A DNA stretch of 64,000 bases. It comes from Patescibacteria group bacterium. GTDB taxonomy: Bacteria > Patescibacteriota > Minisyncoccia > Phycocordibacterales > PALSA-1337. This document shows positions 56,398 through 64,000 of the stretch, in pieces. The notes below the pieces were generated by a model, which did not search any database, was not told the origin of the DNA, and worked only from the letters and a program-made list of their open reading frames with translations. Each line of letters starts with the position of its first letter. The stretch's first letter is position 1. The position numbers and the translations under genes were made by a program. The stretch lies in NCBI GenBank assembly GCA_040387635.1, contig JAZKDJ010000001.1, positions 115,851 through 179,850 of the forward strand, in the 5' to 3' direction.

Positions 56398-58155
56398 GTG
56401 AAAACACCTTTTGCGTTCGATTCATCTAAAGAATTACGCGTGCCTCGTGGAGAACAGCTCCTCAATTTATTGCGTAAATTTTCCGCTACAGAACGGGTTC
56501 TTTTCGGCTTTTTTGCCATTATAGCCATAGTGACTGCCCTTACTATGGGATACCAGGCCCATAGTCTCTTTGTTACTCCAGTTGCCTCAAAAGGAGGTTC
56601 TCTTACTGAGGGTGTTGTCGGTATTCCGCGATTCATCAACCCAGTTATTGCTGTTAGCGATGTAGAGCGAGACCTTTCAGCCCTTATCTACGCAGGTCTT
56701 ATGAAGTACGACAATGGCAAGCTTGTAGGAAACCTTGCAGAAAGCTATGAAATTTCTGAAGACGGCCTTACATATACATTCACACTAAAGCCTGATATTA
56801 AATTCCACGACAAGACGCCTGTAACTGCAGATGACGTTGAATTCACTATCCAAAAAATACAAGACGCAGCCGTCAAAAGCCCTCGCCGAGCAGACTGGGC
56901 TGATATTACCGTCAACAAAATCGACGCTACTACTATTCAGTTTGTCTTGAAGCAGGCATATTCGCCTTTCATCGAGAACACTACGCTTGGAATTATTCCA
57001 AAGCATATTTGGAAAAACGTAGGCTCTGAACAATTTAACTTTAGCCAATACAATATTGAACCAATCGGCGCAGGACCATACGCAGTTGATTCTATTGAAC
57101 GCGACAGTGGAGGACTTCCATTGAGCTACGAACTCGAATCTTGGAATGGATACAGCGACCAGGCTGCATATATAGACAACCTCAGCATCAAATTCTTCCC
57201 AAGCAGCAAGGCTCTTGTGGAGGCTTACAATGAAGGAGTGGTGGAAAGCATGTATGGCGTTACAGCTCAAGACATCGGCCTTATCATAAGCGACGATGAC
57301 AACGAAGCGCAGGTCATTCGCTCTCCTCTCCCTATCCTTATCGGTATTTTCCTAAACCAAAACCAAGCACCCGTACTCGCCTACAAAGAAGTTCGACAAG
57401 CGCTTGATATGGCAGTGCCTCGAGAACGACTCGTAGAAGAAGTACTTGGAGGCTACGGTGTGATCGCACAGAGCCCACTTCCTCGAACATACTATGACCG
57501 AAGCACTTCAACACCTTCATATGACTCACAGCAGTCTGTGAACAATGCTCTGGCTCTACTTGAGAAAGCAGGCTGGACGCTCGGACCTGAAGGCATTCTT
57601 GAAAGAAAAACCAAGAGCGGAGCAACTGAGATCCTTAGCTTTTCTATAACAACAACAGCTTCAACACCAGGTCTCAAGCAGGCTGCGGAGATCGTAGCTA
57701 TGGCCTGGAAAGAAATCGGCGTTCACGCTGACGTCAGAGTATTCGACGGAGACCTTAGCCAGAACGTGATTCGCCCTCGTAAATACGATGCTCTCCTGTT
57801 TGGAGAAGTGATCGGAAGCGATATAGACCTATATCCTTTCTGGCATTCCTCACAGAGGACGGGCTTTGGCCTCAATATTTCTCAGTACGTGAATTCCAAG
57901 ACAGACAAACTTTTGGAAGACGCACGAGCAACTTCTGATACCGCCAGCCGTGATGAGAAGTATCGAGCATTTGAAAAAATCATCCAGGAGGATATTCCGG
58001 CGATTTTCCTTTATTCACCCGAGTTTACATATATTGTACCCAAGGCAGTTCAAGGTATTGAGCTTAAGACCATGACCACCCCGGCAGATAGATGGAACGA
58101 TATAGAGCATTGGTACGTAAGCACGGATAAAGTTTGGAACATTTTCGTAAAGTAA
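56398..58155 (+). CDS. ABC-type substrate-binding protein, family 5 (peptide/nickel type)
   Basis: 585-aa ORF, GTG start; N-terminal TM anchor; SBP_bac_5-like core; no permease or ATPase nearby. Confidence 0.85.
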   Translation: MKTPFAFDSSKELRVPRGEQLLNLLRKFSATERVLFGFFAIIAIVTALTMGYQAHSLFVTPVASKGGSLTEGVVGIPRFINPVIAVSDVERDLSALIYAGLMKYDNGKLVGNLAESYEISEDGLTYTFTLKPDIKFHDKTPVTADDVEFTIQKIQDAAVKSPRRADWADITVNKIDATTIQFVLKQAYSPFIENTTLGIIPKHIWKNVGSEQFNFSQYNIEPIGAGPYAVDSIERDSGGLPLSYELESWNGYSDQAAYIDNLSIKFFPSSKALVEAYNEGVVESMYGVTAQDIGLIISDDDNEAQVIRSPLPILIGIFLNQNQAPVLAYKEVRQALDMAVPRERLVEEVLGGYGVIAQSPLPRTYYDRSTSTPSYDSQQSVNNALALLEKAGWTLGPEGILERKTKSGATEILSFSITTTASTPGLKQAAEIVAMAWKEIGVHADVRVFDGDLSQNVIRPRKYDALLFGEVIGSDIDLYPFWHSSQRTGFGLNISQYVNSKTDKLLEDARATSDTASRDEKYRAFEKIIQEDIPAIFLYSPEFTYIVPKAVQGIELKTMTTPADRWNDIEHWYVSTDKVWNIFVK

Positions 58156-58193
58156 ACAATTAAAATTAACAACTAACATTAACAATAAATAAT

Positions 58194-60158
58194 ATGACAC
58201 CAGAATCAAAGCCTGAACCGAAAGCTCCAGCTCCAAGAACAGCAGCGCCTGCACCAGCAGGAGGAGTACCACGACCGTTCAACAGAAATAGCAGGCACGG
58301 TGCAGGAGGTCCTCGAAGATCAGGAGGAGGAATGCGCGGTGGAGGAAGAGGTGGACGCGACCGACGAGGCTTCCGAGACAAGGATGCTTCGCCTCGGATG
58401 AGCCACGTCGCTCCCCGCCCAAGCACTCCCCAGACAGACGCCAACGGCCAGCGAAAGGTTGATGACGTCGTACCAGCTCTCGGAGCGGACAACATTCGAA
58501 TCATTCCTCTTGGAGGAGTTGAGGAGATCGGTAAGAACATGACAGCCATCGAGTATGGTAATGACATTGTTGTTATCGACATCGGTTTCCAGTTCAAGGA
58601 TGAAAACACTCCTGGAATCGACTATATCTTGCCGAACACAAAATACCTCGAAGAGCGAGTTCAGAAAGTAAAGGCAGTGATCGTAACACACGGTCACCTC
58701 GACCACATCGGAGGTATCCCTTACGTTATGCCACGAATCGGCAACCCGCCTTTGTATACAAGAAACCTCACATCAGTGATGGTCAAAAAGCGCCAGGAAG
58801 AATTTCCACATCTTCCACCTTTGGATATCCGAATCGTTGAGAAGGATCAGACAATTACCCTTGGCGACATGAAGATCAAGTTCTTCGCCGTAACTCACAC
58901 CATTCCAGACGCTATGGGTGTTATCGTGCAGACACCTCACGGATCTATTGTTCACACAGGAGACCTCAAGCTCGATCACGACAACGGTATCCCTACAGAA
59001 CAGGAAGAGAAAGAATTCGAGAAGTTCAAACATGAAAAGGTTCTTCTTTTGATGGCTGACTCTACGAACGTAGAGAACCCAGGTTTCTCAATGCCTGAAA
59101 AGACAGTTCACAAGAATATCGAAGAGATCATCAAGAACGTTAAGGGTCGCCTCATTATTGCCACCTTTGCCTCCCTCTTGGAACGAATGCTTAAGATCAT
59201 CGAATTCTCCGAGAAGTATGGAAAGAAGGTCGTCGTAGAAGGACGAAGCATGAAGACGAACATCGAGATCTGTATGAAGCTCGGTCTTCTTCAGCCTAAG
59301 AAAGATACTCTTATTACAGTTGAAGAGATGGATATGTTCCCACCTGAACGAATCGTTATCCTCGCTACAGGAGCTCAGGGCGATGAATTCGCAGCCATGA
59401 TGAGAATGTCTAACAAGACGCACAAGTACATCAAGATCAACAAGCGAGACACCATCCTTCTCTCATCTTCGATTGTTCCAGGAAACGAACGAGCAGTGCA
59501 GAAGCTCAAGGACAACCTTTCACGACAAGGTGCCTACATCATCCACTACCGAATCGCCGACGTTCACTCGTCAGGTCACGCAAACAGAGATGAGACAGCA
59601 TGGATCCATAAGAAGATTAATCCTAAATTCTTCGTTCCTGTTCACGGATATCACTACATGCTCCGTGTTCACGGTGAGATCGCCAAGGAAGCAAACAACC
59701 TTACTGAGGACGAAGTGATCATTCCAGACAACGGTATGGTGATCGAAATTCAGGAAAAAGGAACCAAGATCGTGAAGCTCAAGGAGAAGGCTCCTTCGAA
59801 CATGGTCATGGTTGATGGATTCTCTATTGGAGACGTCCAGGAAGTAGTTATCCGAGACAGGCAGATGCTAGCTGAAGACGGTATTTTCATCATCTTCGCT
59901 ATCGTTAACGCCCAGACAGGAAAACTCAAGAAGTCTCCCGATATCATTTCACGAGGATTCGTTTATCTTCGAGAGTCACAGGAACTTCTTCACCAGGCTC
60001 GAATCGTAATCAAGCAAACAATTGAAGATTCAACCAAGGGTATGAATCCAATCAACGTGGATTATGTTAAAGGAAATCTTTCAGACGACGTAAGCAAATT
60101 CCTTTTCCAGAAAACTGCGAAGAAGCCGATTGTGATTCCGGTACTTCTCACGATATAA
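58194..60158 (+). CDS. rnj: ribonuclease J with Arg/Gly/Pro-rich N-terminal extension
   Basis: 654-aa ORF; IIPLGGVEEIGKNM, THGHLDHIGG, beta-CASP and C-terminal domain; about 98 aa of RGG-type low complexity precede the core. Confidence 0.93.
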   Translation: MTPESKPEPKAPAPRTAAPAPAGGVPRPFNRNSRHGAGGPRRSGGGMRGGGRGGRDRRGFRDKDASPRMSHVAPRPSTPQTDANGQRKVDDVVPALGADNIRIIPLGGVEEIGKNMTAIEYGNDIVVIDIGFQFKDENTPGIDYILPNTKYLEERVQKVKAVIVTHGHLDHIGGIPYVMPRIGNPPLYTRNLTSVMVKKRQEEFPHLPPLDIRIVEKDQTITLGDMKIKFFAVTHTIPDAMGVIVQTPHGSIVHTGDLKLDHDNGIPTEQEEKEFEKFKHEKVLLLMADSTNVENPGFSMPEKTVHKNIEEIIKNVKGRLIIATFASLLERMLKIIEFSEKYGKKVVVEGRSMKTNIEICMKLGLLQPKKDTLITVEEMDMFPPERIVILATGAQGDEFAAMMRMSNKTHKYIKINKRDTILLSSSIVPGNERAVQKLKDNLSRQGAYIIHYRIADVHSSGHANRDETAWIHKKINPKFFVPVHGYHYMLRVHGEIAKEANNLTEDEVIIPDNGMVIEIQEKGTKIVKLKEKAPSNMVMVDGFSIGDVQEVVIRDRQMLAEDGIFIIFAIVNAQTGKLKKSPDIISRGFVYLRESQELLHQARIVIKQTIEDSTKGMNPINVDYVKGNLSDDVSKFLFQKTAKKPIVIPVLLTI

Positions 60159-60168
60159 TAGGTGCCAT

Positions 60169-61344
60169 ATGCGGCATCGACATCATATCGGTCATTACCA
60201 CACTCTCTATACGCTATGTATCGTCGGGTTTATATTTGCCCTTCACTACACGCTTCCTTCCTACATCAACTCGTCCTTTCTTGAGACGATAACTACAGAG
60301 AAAACAGTTAGCCTACTTTATATGATCGCTTCAATAGCGAGTATAGTAGGCTATTTGTTTTTTCATAAGATCATAAGGATATTCAAAACATATCCGACAA
60401 TGATCGTACTGACGATCGTACAGATCGGCGTATTGTACGGCCTTACAGTTACCAAAGATCCACTCATCATTGGAGCGCTGTTCATTGGAAACCTGCTGTT
60501 AGTTAGTCTAATTGGATTCATTGTAGATATCCTCGTTGAGTCTTGTTCCACTCATTCAAACACAGGCAGGATGTGGGGCTTCTATTACACCGCGTTCAAC
60601 TTCGGTTGGATACTTGGACCACTCATAGGATCATCACTCATCAGTAATGGTAATGACTACCAGTACATCTATATCGCAGCAGCTGGAATTCTTGTTCCAC
60701 TTGTCTATATAATCCATAAGAATTTCAAAAACTTCCATGACGTCAGATACTCTTCGCTATCATTCAAGGATACATGGACGAGAATCATTGCGAACAAGGA
60801 TCTGCGAAAGATTTTTGTCATCAACGTTTTCCTCAACACATTCTACGCATGGATGATCATCTATACGCCACCTTACCTTCACAAGACCTTAGGATTCAGC
60901 TGGGATGATATAGGTCTTATGTTTACAGTAATGCTCACGCCTTTCATCTTGCTTGAGATCCCTCTCGGTAGACTCGCTGACAGAAAATGGGGTGAGAAGG
61001 AATTGATGATAGGAGGATTCGTCATCATGGCGCTCTCAACGGCAGCTCTAGCCTTCATACCGCAGCACAGTCTCGTTTGGTGGGCATTCATGCTCTTCAT
61101 GACCCGAGTTGGAGCAGCTACGGCTGAATTGATGATTGAGACATACTTCTTCAAACACATACGCCAAAAAGACGCCAACATGCTCTCCATGTTCCGTGTC
61201 ACAAGACCACTTTCAACCTTCATTGCTCCACTCATCATGACAACAGCGCTCATGTTCGTATCACATCAGCTAAGCTTCGTGGTTCTTGGAGTACTCCTCG
61301 TATTCTCCCTCATCTTCTGCGTACGCATCAAAGACACCAACTAA
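60169..61344 (+). CDS. MFS transporter
   Basis: 391-aa ORF, about 12 TM helices, loop motif PLGRLADRKWGEK between TM8 and TM9. Confidence 0.8.
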   Translation: MRHRHHIGHYHTLYTLCIVGFIFALHYTLPSYINSSFLETITTEKTVSLLYMIASIASIVGYLFFHKIIRIFKTYPTMIVLTIVQIGVLYGLTVTKDPLIIGALFIGNLLLVSLIGFIVDILVESCSTHSNTGRMWGFYYTAFNFGWILGPLIGSSLISNGNDYQYIYIAAAGILVPLVYIIHKNFKNFHDVRYSSLSFKDTWTRIIANKDLRKIFVINVFLNTFYAWMIIYTPPYLHKTLGFSWDDIGLMFTVMLTPFILLEIPLGRLADRKWGEKELMIGGFVIMALSTAALAFIPQHSLVWWAFMLFMTRVGAATAELMIETYFFKHIRQKDANMLSMFRVTRPLSTFIAPLIMTTALMFVSHQLSFVVLGVLLVFSLIFCVRIKDTN

Positions 61345-61583
61345 ATCATTCCCCTTTGCCTGAGATAAGCTTGGAGTTGTTCCTTGTCTGTATCCACTAA
61401 CATCTCACCGTCGATATCCAAAGTCGGTGTTTTTGTTTCTCCTGACTTCGCAATCAATTCATCCATATAACTTGGATTGAAATACACTTCCCGTTCTTCA
61501 TACGGTATGTTTTTCTCCCTCAGGAAAATCGTTACCCTCTCGCACCAGGAGCAGCTTCTTTTTGTATATACAATTACGTCCAT
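61341..61583 (-). CDS. glutaredoxin/NrdH-like small redoxin
   Basis: start moved to ATG 61583 (TATACT 6 nt upstream); MDVIVYTKRSCSWCERV CxxC motif; TPTL motif. Confidence 0.75.
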   Translation of the reverse strand: MDVIVYTKRSCSWCERVTIFLREKNIPYEEREVYFNPSYMDELIAKSGETKTPTLDIDGEMLVDTDKEQLQAYLRQRGMI

Positions 61584-61630
61584 GCGTTCAGTATATATGA
61601 GCACATATTAACGCGCGATGAGATCTGTAT

Positions 61631-61664
61631 AAAAAATGCTGCCGCTCTGGAATGCAGAGCGGCA
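61631..61664 (-). terminator. terminator of the 76-aa G+C-rich ORF
   Basis: TGCCGCTCTG-loop-CAGAGCGGCA; a T-run follows only on the minus strand. Confidence 0.7.
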
Positions 61665-61700
61665 GAAAATGTGTTACTAAAACTGTTATTTAAACTCGGG

Positions 61701-61931
61701 CTACATGGCCTGCAGTCCCCAGTCTCTCGGGACATAGACTGCGACGAGGTGGGTCAAAGCCGACATGCTCGGATTGATCTTCAGCGGCCTGCACACGGCT
61801 TGACGCGTGGCGAAGGCCATATTTTGCAAGTGAGCCTTAACGACATCACCTCGACAACGGACAACTTGTCCGCTCTCGCCAACTGAAACTGCGTCTTCCA
61901 CATGATTCAAATCTTTGATTTCACGAGCCAT
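61701..61931 (-). CDS. hypothetical protein (G+C-rich orphan)
   Basis: 76 aa from ATG 61931; the minus-oriented terminator downstream favours this strand over the overlapping + ORF; 37/60 G+C in line 61741-61800. Confidence 0.35.
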   Translation of the reverse strand: MAREIKDLNHVEDAVSVGESGQVVRCRGDVVKAHLQNMAFATRQAVCRPLKINPSMSALTHLVAVYVPRDWGLQAM

Positions 61932-62013
61932 AAAACGCCTTACAAATGTTCTAATAAAAAGTCTACTCCGTATGCGCAAAATGTCAACGTTTCCTTTTCT
62001 TGTAAATATCTAA

Positions 62014-63351
<1,338 letters not shown>

Positions 63352-63379
63352 GTACATCTAATCTAAATAGTACGAATTC

Positions 63380-63407
63380 AAAAGGACCCCATATGGGGTC
63401 CTTTTGG
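63380..63407 (+). terminator. terminator of eno
   Basis: AAAGGACCCC-atat-GGGGTCCTTT hairpin followed by TGG. Confidence 0.8.
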
Positions 63408-63523
63408 CGTGCTTTGTATTGTATAGGCTGCGAATTGTATCTTCCTAACCTTTTATCTACTGCCTTACTTACTGCTTAGGCTGCTTTGGATTTGGGTTCG
63501 GATTTGGATTCTGAGTATTCATA

Positions 63524-63552
63524 TTTTTGTGCGACCACGGATTAGCACGTGG
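63524..63552 (+). repeat. composite motif TTTTTGTG-N8-GATTAGCACGTGG (copy 2)
   Basis: matches 21592-21621; here embedded in an imperfect hairpin GCGACCACG...CGTGGTCACGC upstream of a TATAAT (63566-63571). Confidence 0.4.
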
Positions 63553-63779
63553 TCACGCTATCTATTATAATCCTCAGGCAAGTTCCCTACCGATTTTGTC
63601 ATTTCCTTGACGGAGCGTCAAAACCTATGCTGGAAAAAAGGCTTGGTTGAGAGGCTAAAAAACGTGGTGTAATGAGGCATAAGATAGCACCACACCCAAG
63701 AACTTTTTTCAATGCTTTTCTACCGGTATCCGTATTACAATTGTCCCATACTAATTTTATCGAGTTCACTAACATATCC

Positions 63780-64000
63780 ATGTCTCAGAACAGCAAGCAA
63801 GTAGCGTTAATTATCCTCGACGGATGGGGTTACCGCGAAGACGCGACTCATAACGCCGTAGCACAGGCAAAAACTCCTAACTTTGATAAATACTGGCAGA
63901 CCTTCCCCCACTCCCTGCTTGAAGCAAGCGGTGAACACGTTGGCCTTCCTGAAGGACAAATGGGAAATAGCGAAATCGGCCATACTACTATTGGTGCAGG
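63780..64000 (+). CDS. gpmI: 2,3-bisphosphoglycerate-independent phosphoglycerate mutase, 5' part (runs off the window)
   Basis: absent from the ORF track (no stop); [27 protein letters not shown]...[19 protein letters not shown] is the iPGM N-terminus. Confidence 0.9.
   Translation, partial: MSQNSKQVALIILDGWGYREDATHNAVAQAKTPNFDKYWQTFPHSLLEASGEHVGLPEGQMGNSEIGHTTIGA

Noticed and set aside
63599-63781. 60-aa minus-strand ORF in the eno-gpmI gap
   Set aside because: It ends inside the gpmI start region, has no start-site signals, and overlaps predicted hairpins of the plus-strand leader.

Overview
Compact 64-kb chromosomal window, roughly 37-45% G+C by hand counts of sampled lines. I call about 74 protein genes, 6 tRNAs and an RNase P RNA. 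I saw no rRNA, CRISPR array, transposase or integrase. The genes are housekeeping and cell-envelope functions: gyrA, rpsA, pth, lepB, rpsU, ybeY, ftsA-ftsZ, trxB, tsaD, lepA, murJ, nrdAB, groES-groEL, secG, rnj and eno, plus a partial gpmI. Alongside them are a type IV pilin, a secreted nuclease, two ABC substrate-binding proteins with no transporter genes nearby, and a 1617-aa surface protein. This mix and the small gene sizes suggest a reduced-genome Patescibacteria/CPR (Parcubacteria-like) bacterium using the standard code; that placement is inference. Points worth a second look: (1) a -10 box sits 6-8 nt before the start codon of many operon-first genes, implying leaderless mRNAs. (2) Protein genes abut tRNA genes; the M32 carboxypeptidase GTG lies 4 nt after tRNA-Glu. 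(3) Single-gene or two-gene G+C-rich patches (47-68% in sampled lines) often carry their own terminators, and two of them abut tRNA 3' ends. (4) The ribonucleotide reductase looks class Ic (Phe at the radical-Tyr position of NrdB), and NrdA has a long low-complexity C-terminal tail. (5) RNase J has a roughly 98-aa Arg/Gly/Pro-rich N-terminal extension. (6) A full-length HisRS-like protein appears to have degenerate histidine-binding motifs. (7) The 1617-aa protein combines LamG, FN3, beta-helix and peptidoglycan-binding domains. I found no convincing multi-gene system of a named novel type, and every functional call is by eye without database searches.
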